DNA of 64,000 nucleotides from Podarcis erhardii. Taxonomy: Eukaryota. The notes beneath the pieces were generated by a model. It did no database searches and was not told where the DNA came from. It worked only from the letters and a program-made list of their open reading frames with translations. This document shows positions 1-12,600 of this stretch, in pieces (within the stretch, counting starts at the first letter, position 1; every line of letters begins with the position of its first letter). Where the stretch lies: NCBI GenBank assembly GCA_964252035.1, contig OZ176202.1. The stretch is one strand, 5' to 3'. The position numbers were made by a program, and so were the translations under genes.

Positions 1-444
1 TTTTGTAATCTTGGGCTGCCCTGAAGAGAGGGAGAAAAAAGAAGTGCGAGTTCGAAGGTAGGGGGAAAGTTCAAAGCACAGGATGGAGGAGAAAGGGCTT
101 CCGCTAGTCTCAATAAGCAAAATAAACTTGAAAAAGTTAGGGGAGGATACAGCCTACCGATTTGCAAAAGAGTTTTCCTGTCTAGCCTATTAGGGTGTGA
201 TGTAACCCCTCTGGGATTGGCTCCTGTGTCCATCAGGGAAAAACACACACTTGGTCACCTCTCAATGAAACACTAGGATGGCACTGAGAACAAAGTTTAT
301 GTTCCTGTTTCACTGTTATCATTTCAAACATTTTGTCATATCACGGTTACAACTAAGAGTGTTCCAATATGCAGCAAGGGAATCCAGCACTCAGGTTAAG
401 AATGCCTACCATTCTATCTGAACGCAAATGAGAACTCCAGATAC

Positions 445-640
445 CTGAGCAGAATGGGACCTAGCAGTCAGTTTTTTTCTTAATATGTTGTTCAGGCTCT
501 GAATTTTAGTTTCTTGGTTGCCCAATGTCTCTGCTTCCTGCAAAGAAGCAAGTTGCTCTTCTTTTGCTGTTTCCACCAAGGCAGAACGGCAGGGTTCATT
601 GAGAGCAGCTTCAAATTTCTTCATAAACTTGAAGAGCGTC
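445..640 (-). CDS. MDN1: MDN1 exon 73
   Basis: TLFKFMKKFEAALNEPC...RSHSAQ; AG/GT. Confidence 0.92.
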
Positions 641-3600
641 CTAAAACCCAGGAAAAGACAGGGATGAAAACAAGGACCATCAATTTGGGTGAGCGCTCAA
701 GCTCCACGGCAACATGGTTAAAGGGGACTTAAAAAGTTAAAAATCCACTTTGAGTGTATGCATATTAAGGTATCCAATGCAGTTATGGCAAAGCAGTATA
801 TCCTCAGTCACCACTATGCTATGGGAGTGCCAAAAGAAGAGGATCCGGATACCAATATTGCATGTTAGACACATGCAGGACAGTAAGACAGATACTTTAA
901 CCCAAGCAAAATTTAACACTATACTGGTAGCTAAGATTTATACTGTCAATGACTGGCGGCTCTGCAATCTCATAGTGAACAGAATCTTGGGACAATGACT
1001 CAGGTGTATAATTTCGTTCTCCCACTATTGACTTATTTGCATTTACCCTCCCCTTAACCATTCTCAGAGGGGTTTAAGGAAAAAAGTAAGAGGAGAGGAA
1101 AGAGGAGAGCAGTCCCCAGAGGACATGTTTCAAGCCCCCTGCCTCTGGGCCGATAACTGATATAATCATCCTGATGCCCAAAATCTCATCAAAATTTCGT
1201 ACTTACCTATGTGTCTTCTCCACAGACTGTTTTATAGCCCAAAAGCTGACATCATTCCACTTAGAGATTTTTACAAATTCCTGAAAAATATTCAATTCAA
1301 TGAACTATGATGTTTATTTTAAACAGAATGAAGAATTGCTGAGAGGACATGTGCTTCTAGTTTGAAGAGATGTACTTAAAAAGCAAGGCAGGACCTAGCT
1401 ATTTATTTGAACTAGCTTTACGTCCAACAACCAGAGAATACTATTACACCAAGAAATCTTATTCTCACCTTCAATTCTTTTTCTATCGGATGCCGAAGTT
1501 CAGTCAGCCTGGCTTGGACACATTCTGAAAACTGCTTATAATAATTGTAGAGATTCCATAATACATTGCACAGCATGTCTGAAAAAGAGAGAACGGGTTT
1601 CATACAAAAATGCATCTTCATCCACACCTCAGGATTTAGGGATCTTAAAGGACATAGTAGTTCTGACTGAAACAGCATCTCTCTTTTATTAAATTTGTAA
1701 AAGTTTAAAGAGGTTGTTTATTTTTTTAATTCTACTGTATTGCTGCCTTGTTGTTTACTTCCCTGGGTTCCTTTAGGAGGAAGGTCAGGGTAGAAAATTA
1801 ATAATGAAAATCTGTTCAACGCCCCTTCCAATCAAGAGATTCCTTCAGGCAATTTTGCAAGGGGAAGACAAGCAAAGAGGTGTGGGAAAAGTTTTAATCT
1901 TCCCTTCAGTGCTTTGCATAGAATAATCTACTTTGTCTACTTTGCAAACTACAGGGGAGAACTGGGTTGAATACACCATACTGCAATTTTGCCAGTATCT
2001 TTTGGAGAAAACTTTCAATGTAAAGTAATAATAACTGGAAAGCTGAGTTCTATTAAATGTTAGGAATGATAAATCAACTGTGTGCAATAAAGAAAAGAAA
2101 CATAAGCTCAAAGGTAGGCAGAAGGCAGATCTGATCCACAGTAGACTGGCTGGAGACAGAAACCCTTGGCAAACTGCAACAGCAACAAAAGCAAGCTCTC
2201 CTGCTCCCAAAGTAGGCAGCTGAGATCAAGGAAAGCTGAGCACATGCTCAGAGCCACTCTGCTATCGTTAATTCTGTCTGTGCATGCGTTCACCACCCAG
2301 CGCTACCTGGTGGAGCTAAAGTACACCCCACAAGTCTGGTGTCTGGCTTGGGCCCATTTCACAGCAACCACCTACCATTTCCTTCCACCTGTGGCATCAG
2401 CAAGACATGGCAGTGGAATTCCAGCAGCATCTGAAGCCGTGTGTCAAACTCCCCCAATGTTGACCCTTCTATGAAAGCCTGCAGTGTGCCGAGCAGTGCT
2501 TTTAAATTCACATCTATCCGTTTCATGAAGTTGGGATTGTAAGGAAGAAAGGGGTGGGAGGGTAAGGGAAAGATGGCATGTAAATTCATTTTTGACATTA
2601 AATGCAATGAAGATGTGGCAGCAAACAACATCCATTATGGCCCTTTCAGAAGGAACTAACACTGACACAGACAGAGGGCAGGCTCTGCCTCCCTAAAAAT
2701 AAGCCTTAGTGCACAATGCAATGCAGGCTGCCTTTTACCTACAGTTAAAGAACTGTAATCCAGATGCAGGAAGAATTGCTCCCTTCTCCAAGCCCTCCCG
2801 TCTCTGCAGGAAACTTCCCTCTCCTGCCTTAACAGTGGTTAACGGGAACCAGTTCAATAAGAGGAGAAAAGACAACACCATAAACACATCAAATTACTCA
2901 TCTAATTCTATAATATCTTTACTAACAGTTCACTTCATATAGAGGGAAAAGGTTGTATAGAGTCCACCAGACAGACAATAAAGGCGTACGTGATGTGATC
3001 TTGCATACTTCATAAAAGATGGGTTTTTGGCACTGATAACAGGTGCTTAGTCTATACTGGGTTGTTTTCAACTAGAGTTGCCCACTTGGGATGTCAATCT
3101 GGTTTAAAACAAGCCAAGATTTGTGTGCCCTGTTTACAGAGCCATGGTTTCTGAAGTCAGCAGTGTTGTGGGCTAATGTGGTTTTTCACAGTTCTTGTGA
3201 ACAGCAATACACAGTTGGATTGCTCAACCATTTAATAATATAGGCAGTTACAAGTTTTGCCTGTTAAGTGGCTTGAGAATCAAGATGGAAGAATACTTGA
3301 TTTCTCCAGTATGCTACATATTGAAAGAAGCTTTAAACTTGGCTATTGGGCATGTAAAAGAGAATTGTGAATGCTGATATAGATCATATACCATTTGTAT
3401 TTTTCTCAGTTTATGAAAATGTGTATCCTTGAGTGTATGCACTTCTATTAACAGCATGCATTTCTTTTACCACTCTTTTATCAATAGTTACCTTCAGTTT
3501 TCTTCTGTGTCTGTTCTTGCCTATATTTCTCAATCATCTGATAGATTGAAAACCAGTGTTTCATTGACTTTTCTGTGTGATGTTTCCTTGTGTTGTCCAG

Positions 3601-6600
3601 ACTAACAGACCAACAGCTAACAATGTAGAAAAAGAAAGACCTATTAATGAACATTGAATCTCAGAGCCCTATCACCACCCACCCATGCTTGCTTTTAGAT
3701 CAATGGTTTCTTAGAAAGCAGCCCAATTTTTACGACAACTATTTTTACAGTACAGGTAAGGCTGTCATTTTTGCACTAACATCAGTTCTGAAATATGAAT
3801 ACTTAAAAACATCTTCATTAGCAAATAATCATATTTTTAAAGAAGTGTATGTAGGACATTTATTTTGCATAAGCTGCTAGGTTATCTATATTTGAAAGAA
3901 CAGGGATTCTTCTTTGGCTAAGGATTGAAGAAAAATACAAAAACACAAAAAAAACCACAAACGCCACAGGGATCTAGAAGGTAGGAAATAGAAGACATGC
4001 TGGAACGGAGTAGGAAGCTGTGTAGAGGAATGAAACTCCACATCTCTCTCTCTCTGTTGGGAACCCCTGACAAAAATCCCTTCAACTTTCTGAGCTTGCT
4101 CCAGATGCTGTGAGCAAACCCCTGATCTGCCCCCCCCCCGGTCATTTACACTTGAAAATACTCAGCACAAAGGGAACTGACAGTACGTACTTCAGTTCAA
4201 GTTTACGCCACTGGATGATCAGCTGAGTGACCAAATCCAGATGTTTCCTAAGAGAGACAGCTCGACTAGCATTCTCCTCCCAATCCTAGAAAAGGAAAAG
4301 ATGCCTTTCAGACAAAAACTGAAATTATACATTTCAACATTGATAAAAAAGTTGATTTGCTTGCCCATTATCTACACCTTTAAATTTAAAAATGCAATCA
4401 CCGTCATTCAACAAATAAGTTTCCTTTATTAGTAAATTTGGTGTTTCCTATACTACTAAAAATCAGGTGTATTACAGAAGTTTGTTAATTTCTTCTCACC
4501 TTTTTTGGCTACATACAAACAACCACTTGCCCCCTATTTTCTTACCTGGGACTTGGCCAGCAGAATTTCCAAGCCATTCAGGAACTTCGAAAGGGGACTG
4601 GAGAGTGGAAAACTACGGATTCTGTCCAGTACAACCAAAAGCTGCAAAATGAAAGACAATCAGTGCTTCTGGCAGCTGCTTTCTAAAGCTTAATACTAAT
4701 CAACAACACAAAGGAACAGAACTTTTAACTTCATATTGCATTGCAAGATCTCATCTCTTCTGCTAATAGCAGATAAAACGTTCATCTGTCACATATAGCT
4801 GAACATACTAACAAATTTAGGGGATTAGCAGTATGCTTGTCTCTGTGGAAGGTGTTATCCATACAAAGCCTTTACATGTAAGGAATCCTAGGTCAAAGCA
4901 AATATAAATTGAACTCTGGTTATTTAAGCTATTGCTTCAGTTCCTGAAAGTCTAGACTCTTACCTGGACAAGCGCAGGGTGGTCTGGCCATTCCTGCAAT
5001 AGTGCTTTCACCTCTTTTGTGAAGTTTTCAAGAACATGTTGACACTGTTGCACTTGCTGAATATTAGGATGGTGATAAAAGTCATATGGCCCTTCGTTTT
5101 GCAGGACTAGTTCTGAATCCCCCTGTTCAAAAAGTGTATTGTGCAGTATCGTGCTCGCTAGAAGTTGGCTGCCATGGAGATTATCGTTCATTTCAGAACC
5201 TATGATTTGGCCGTACAGGCGGCAAGAAGAGAGACGAAGTCATTAAGGCAATAAAGCTTTCTGTATCTTTTTAAACAGCACATTGATTAAAACAGTAAAG
5301 GATAAGCTCAGAGACAAATGTCTTGTGTCTTAGAGCAATTGTTTTGCACAGCCCATCACTATATATAGTGAAAGCTCACTCCAAAAGCCTCTGTGAGTAT
5401 CTACTTCTGAGGCACTTAAGACCAGAATGTTTAATTCTAGGAAGAATAACCTAGAATTCCTTTCTACCAATACCCTCTGCATAGCAAATCAACAAGATCA
5501 CAGGGACAGTTTCAATAAATGACCACCCACACCCTAGAGGCTGTCCAAGTTCAATTATACAAGGCTTTGTTTTGCTTTATTACTATGTTTTTAATGTCAT
5601 TTAGATTCTTGAATAACAAGCAGAACCAAACACGCTACTTTCCCTCGGTGGAAACACATTTGAAAGTTGGAGATTCCATTTACCCATCGCAATAAAATCT
5701 ACCCTGCCCAATTGCTTTCAGTAGTATTCAACACATACAACTAATGCTAACCCAAACTGAATTATGCTCATTATTTAAGCAGGGAAATGAGAGACCACTC
5801 ATTTAAGCCATGTTGGCTTTTTAAGGCTCAAGCTAAGTATATCAATCGTGAGAGGGAAAACGGTTTTCTGAATACAAACAACAAAGAAGTCGTGAAGTGG
5901 TAGGTGCAACTGCAATGGGACTGTTTTAGAGAACATAGCTCCTCAGATGTAACCAAGGCTAAACATTTCAGTTTATTCTGTCTACTTATTTTTTAGAGAT
6001 ACAGTCGTACCTCGGAAGTCAAATGGAATCTGTTCCAGAAGTCCGTTCGACTTCCAAAACATTTGAAAACTAAGGCACGGCTTTTTCCAATCGGAAGCCC
6101 CAGAAGCCCTGTTGGAAGTTCAGCTTCCGAAAGAACGTTTGAAAACCGGAACACTCACTTCTGGGTTTCGATTGTTCAGGAGCCAAAACGTTCAAGAACT
6201 AGGCTTTTCGAAAACCAAGGTACAACTGTACATACTTCAACAACCATTAGCAGTAGACACACAGGATTTTTAAATCACAGCTGCGGTCTTTGAATGATGG
6301 TTCCATGGAAGCTTATCTGGGGTTCCTTAACAAGAAAACAGCTTGCCCATTATTAATGGCCTCGCGCTGCCATGTTCAGATGGGTATGCTGCAGGGAGCA
6401 CTTTAGCTTATGTAAGAGATAGGAAGGTGCCACACACACTTGTGCAACATATTGGAGGGGGGATTCTATGGCTCCCTCAAAAGGATGGGATTTCTCTGGC
6501 CACTGAAGCACAGCATACTTGAAAGCACAAACGAAAAATCCTTACCGATCAAAGGATAGAAGTGAGCTACCAGCGAAGCACCAGTCTGGTAACAGGAAAG

Positions 6601-9600
6601 GAATGTATTCAAATGATGCTTCGCCTGATGGGAGGACAGGCTTTGCTGATACCACAAGGACCGAGCAAAGTAAAGGCACAGCTGCTGATGAATCGTCATG
6701 ACTGTTTTCATTGAGTGATGAGAAAGAAGGGCTTTTTCACAAACTGCTTCCTTTTCTAAACCGTCATTCATTTCCATTTTCCCCTCAAGGCTCGCCTCTG
6801 CTGTAATATCTTCAAAATCCTGCAAATCGTATTGAAAGGTGTCTTTAGTGACAACTTGCAGCACTGTATTTTAAGATCAGAAGCAAAGCTCACCAATTTC
6901 AAAAGACATGCTTGCATGGAACAAGGCAGGCTGGTAAGAACCACATGACTGCTTACTATGCAGCTCTTCAGAACATGGGGAACCAGTTTTATGCACCCAC
7001 AGGTCGTCTAGCGAGCCAGGCTTTACTAAAGATCCTGCTTCAGTGGGCATTTGAGAAGTTGCAGGAGCACAACTGGGCTCCACACACATCCAGGTAGGAA
7101 GCAAAAAAGTGGCCACCTCTCTGTGGCAATAGAGGAGCTATACTGTACGTTTTGCCATAGCACTGCAGCTCTATTATCTGCTCTGTATTCTATTGGGAAC
7201 CTTCTTTATGGTGTTAGTAAAAAAAATGCTTGTACAATAATTGTTTATTTTATAATTATTTGCAACATAATATATTTTATTCCTTTTTCCAAGCCTCTTT
7301 GTTCTATTATCCTGACTCCTACACTAATATTTTTACTGTTTTCAAAAAAAGAAAACACAAGCAACAGCACTACAACCAAAACTGAAAGTGTTTCGTAACA
7401 CAGCCCCCCCCCATTTACCATTCAAAGCTCTATAAACACTTTCCCCAGATGTGCAGAGAGCTTTTTCAGTCTTCACACTGTGTATTCTCCCAACAAGAAC
7501 AAATAATGTCACAATGGCTCACTGAACACAAAGCGGAAATGTGAACTTAGGATTCTGGCAGTTAGGCTATTGGACATACTGACTTCCAGTGAAATTAAAA
7601 ACATTTTTAGGTTCTGCCCCTATCCCATTTCATCCAGCTCCCAGCTGCCACACTATTGATACTTCAGTATTTCTTTCTGAATATGTAAACTGCTGCACAA
7701 ACACAAACAGAATAAAGTTCTGTACGTAATTTCTGATTAAAGCAGAAGTTGTTTACCTTCTCATGCAGAGGGAATTTCCTCCTGAACTCTCTCTCTTCCT
7801 CCTCCTCTTCACTGAGGCCACTCCCGTGGCTCTTGGTTCTGTATCTGTAAAGACTGTTCTTCTGTTCCTCCTCTTCCTGGGCCTGGCGCTCTTGTTCATC
7901 CCATTCATTTATAATTACCTAAGAAATAGAATGCAAAAAAACAAAAGCCCGCTCATCTTGAGAAATCCATAAGAGACTTGTGCATATAAATCCCACATGT
8001 GTCACGCAGTAAACATATGGTGGCGTGAGGCCGCTTATATGTTGAAGCCTAGTCAAGCAGGCGTTGTTTTCTGCTCCATTTTTGTGGCAAGAAAAAAAGC
8101 CCAGAGCTGCAGCCTGTAGGCTTGCTTTTATACTGGCCGCTCTAAAGCTGTGACCCCTCTTTCCAGTGAGCATTAGGCCAGTCACCTTTCTCTCTCCCAA
8201 GGGTGTCAAGATTTATTTTTCACAGATGGTTTTTGGCAGAAGTTTCTGCAGCCATTTTGTCTTATTACCGGGTTTTCTTGATTTTTTTGTTTTATCAGTT
8301 TTGAAACACTTTGTGCAACCAGAAAAGCATTCTATAAACAACTGAGATCCAACCTGCTGTATTTTATCAGAGATAAACAAAGCAAAACTCCACCCACACA
8401 ATGGGGTTTTTTCTTGGCTCTTTCCCTCCCTATGGCTCTCAGAATAGCTGCTTGTGAGGATCAAAGGAACTTCTGGAATGGCACTGTGAGGAACCAGGGT
8501 TGCAGGAGGACAGGGAAACCAGGAGAACTTTGGAGCTGCCTTGCACAAGCAGAAGCATATTTCTACTTGTGGGAGGTATTTCTGGGCCAAAGCAAATAAA
8601 AAATAAATAAACAGAGCAACAGTTCCTAAAGTGGCCTGCTTTCATTTGCCAAATGCGTCTACGTAACATTTTAAGTTAAGTTTCCAAAGATGTCCCCCCC
8701 TGGCCGGAGCAATAAGGAGAGAATGAAGGTAGAGGCTCAAAAAACGTAGCTGCTTAAATAGCACCACCATACCTGGCACAAATGCCTAAATAGCTGCAGA
8801 GATTTGTGGTCCAGTTCTCCCTTGGACAGCACGTGGCAATGGAGAAACAACAAAGCATTCACCAGCAGCTGCTCCTGGGTGAGGCATACCCTCTGCTCCC
8901 CATCAGCATCCTCAGAGGAGTATTTCAGAGACAGCCTCTTAAGGCCATGAAGGACGTCCAGAGCGTTCACAGAGCACAAGGCATCTGCGTGGGAAAGGTA
9001 ACAGGGGAAAGTGGCGCTGACGGAAGGAAACGACAGCAGAGAGGCAACCAGAGTGCCAAGCTTGGCTGGGCAGACAAAACTGCTGAACATCGTCCTATGG
9101 ACTTCAGAAGCCACAAGCCTTAGGCCATGCTGCATCTGCAAAATGGCAGCTTGCAGTGGGACGACTGCATCAGGGAAGGCGGCATAGTCCTCTGCCAGCC
9201 GTTTCCTGAACTGATGGTGCGACTGCTGCCAGGCTGCCTCTTCACTGAGGACGTTTTGCACCATCTGGAGAGACTGAGACTTATCCAAATGGAGTAACTG
9301 CAGCAGGCGGGTCACGAGATCCTGGACTTTTGAAGTCTGGGCAATGCTGCTGACGTACTGATGAACTTCCTTGTACAATGACTCATACGAAGGAGCCTGT
9401 GGTCTATAGGCTTGCTTTTGGCTGAGGCTGGCAATCTGGTCCTTCAGCTTCTGGATTCTTTGGCGTAACATCCTGAGAGAGGATAAGTTGCAAAAGGTCA
9501 AAGATCAGGGTCATCCAACAACTGTTAGATGAAAGCCACCTTCAAGAGCAGAACAAATTATTTTGCTGCCATGATGAAATTAAGTGCCACCCTGACTATT

Positions 9601-12600
9601 TATATAGCTTCACTTTTCTTTGCCACGAGGAACTCAGGCAACTCTGTATAGGTCTAGGTACACTGGACAAAAGCAAGCTTTTTAAATTGTGTCCAGATGG
9701 ATGGGGACCAAATGGCAAGAGCCACACACCTGTTCTTGCAATCCACCCACCCCTGCCTCAAATCATTCATCATGCAAACAGCAAACTGAGAGTCACGAAA
9801 ACAAGAATCCTGTAGTTAAGTGCAACTACCCAAGGCTCTGAGAACCCACAGCCCACTGGACTACTGTGACCATTTACAATTACCTTTTCAAATTTGGGAA
9901 CAGGAGGCAAACATTACAACATTCCAAAGCCACAGGGAATCTTGTAGTTACCTAATGTGAGGGTGACTGTGATGGCTGATGGCTTCATCTTCCAGATCTT
10001 TCCCTGTGCGTAACTGAGTTGACAGATTGTGCGTCTTCCATTCACATTCTAGATGGTGCAGCTGAAGGCGTCAGACAAAAAACAAAAAATCACGCAAGTT
10101 TTATTCAAGATAAAACTCTGCCACCACTCCAACTGAGTGGAGGAGGAGCTATTCTTGTGTACTGAGAATTTACAGATCCTTCTGTATGTTGCAAGTCTAC
10201 AGCAAGGGTCTTAAGCCATGAAAGGTAAATGGAACCTCAAAGTCTAGAAACAGTGGGCTGTCTCCAATGAAGTTGTCGTGTTTGGGCAAGGATAAATGAA
10301 TTTGGCCCCCTCCCCACACACCCAAACCTGTTTTTGGTATTCCCCAAACTCTCTGGAGCAGATTGGGAAGGGGTATAGGGAGAGGGAAGGGAAGTCCTTG
10401 CACAAATGGGATGATTTTGTTAGATACACCACCACCCCAGTTACCTCTGAATACCCATGACTAGTGACCATCATTGTCTAGGGAGCTGATCTCTAGCAAT
10501 ACACAGAAGGGCACAGATTCCTCACCTGTGCTCAATTTGCATATCTGTGTATATCTTTATTCATCTTGTAGGGTTTTACATGACTATGCAGAGACTCATT
10601 TTCTGTTTTGAAAAATGAGTAAGATCTTGCACCCGCCCTAGTACTTGTAGTTATGCACCATGTTATTGGGTTGTTTTGTCTCATACGACAGCAAATTTCC
10701 AATGCAATCTTACTACATTTGTTCATGTGGCTTGGTATAGTTTAGCAGTCATCTGAAGATTTGAAATGTCGATGTAAGCCTAAAAATCCCATTAGCCACA
10801 AGGCAAGGGAACCCAAGCCCTCACCTCTTCCTCTGCGTACTTGAGCTTGTATTCTCTTTTTACCGCTGGATCATACTGGGTCTGTGGAAGCCACAGCTGG
10901 ATCTGCAGGAGACCTAGGTTGACCCAGAGACTGCCTCGCCGAGCCGTTTCGGGCAAGTTCTGCAGTCCTCCTTCATGCCCAAAGAACTGCTGCAAGCAAG
11001 TCAGCCAGATGCAGACGATCTGCTCAGGCAATATTTCCCGGGCAGCAGCATCCCTGAGCACTTTGCAAATGTACTGAAATGCCGCTGGGCTTTTGGAGGA
11101 AACCTTATTGCAGTTCCGGAGATATTCCTCCTGCTGTTCTGCCGGAACCAGGCCTTTAAGAACTAGGAGTTGCCTATGCAACATGACACCTTGGAACTTG
11201 GAATCTGTAAACCTGAAAGAAGAAAGAGATGTTCCAAATAAGGATGAAGAAGAGATCTGCAACTGGAAAGTCCCTAGAGCCTAATCAGGCTACTGGATAG
11301 GTATCCCCTAGGCCTCTGCTGCCAACATAGAGACAAGAGAGCTATCTCTACAGTAGGGCGGGGAGTCCAGCCAACCATCCACCCCATCCTCAGGTGTGCT
11401 TCTCTTTTAAGACCAGCTGTTAACTAAGGGTACAAAGCATCTATCTCTCCTGACCCCCCCTCCGGCTTTGTTTCTTAATATAGTACCTAAATTCAGCCAT
11501 GGAAGAAAAGGGCAAGTTGGTCCACAGAGCTGTGCTGACTTCCTGAAGCTGCTGTGCTCTCTCCAGCCGCTCTCCCAGTGTGACGTTGGAGGCGGACAGG
11601 ACAGGGAGACCGGTCACATCCCACTGGCTCCACTTGCTGCTGCTAGTTAGAATTTCAGAGAGGCACTTGGAGAAAACTGCTCGACTCAAAATACCCACAC
11701 CCTAAATTAATAAAGATCAAAACATATGTTTATAGCATTGATAAAGGTTTCCACATTTTATTTTATTTTTTAAATGGGCAGGTCACAGACTTGGAAGTGT
11801 CAGAACATTTTGGGGAACATGTTACCAAAAAACAACATCATCATCATTGAAACATTGGAACCCACTGAAAGTCGCTGAAATTTAAGTAGTGCACCAGGTT
11901 AGGTGGATGCAAAACAGGATTTCCAAACCAACATCCCACCTGTATTTAAAATATCGTGCATAAGCACTAAACTAATCTCTACCTTCAGCAATAAAAGATA
12001 ATTCCAAAATCTGTAATTTTGCTAAATATATTTCCTAATTAAGTTTATTTAAAAGACGCTTCCCCATCTTCTAATGCAGGGTTTGTGCTATTTGTCTACC
12101 TCTCCTCTACAGTGGGAGAAAAACCTGTCACCCCACCCCCGGCATTCTGATAATCAAAATATTTGATAGGGAGGGGTGAATCTAGACTCATCTCAACTGT
12201 GTTCCTTTATCTCCTGCACTGCCTCCAATCAATGACTTTCATTGACCACTACAGAAAAATGCAAACAAAAGTGAACATACTGACAGGAACTTTGCTAATT
12301 TTGCACAAGTCGTTCAAATATGAAATGTCCAGCTGGATTTTTGGACAGGGCATCAAAAATGGGTTTAGTTTTTTGTTCAAGTTCTCAGGCTCCTTTTCAA
12401 GCTTTGTTTAAAAAGCAAATCCAAGCTCCTCTGAATTTAGCATCAGTTGTATGGAAGAATTATTCAGATTGCAGCTTGTCATAAACATCTCCTGCTTAAC
12501 AGGCAGCTCAAAAGCACTTTAGGAGCATTAACACTTTATTTTATATTAATGCTGTATTTTAAACCTGCATAAGCTATAAATAGCAGAGCCTTCCTTGGGA

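Noticed and set aside
1-370. Possible LTR or regulatory fragment
   Set aside because: No TG...CA pair, PBS, TSD or recognisable motif; the sequence is cut off by the window edge.
8806-9123. 105-aa plus-strand ORF
   Set aside because: Antisense shadow of MDN1 exon 63 with no independent evidence.
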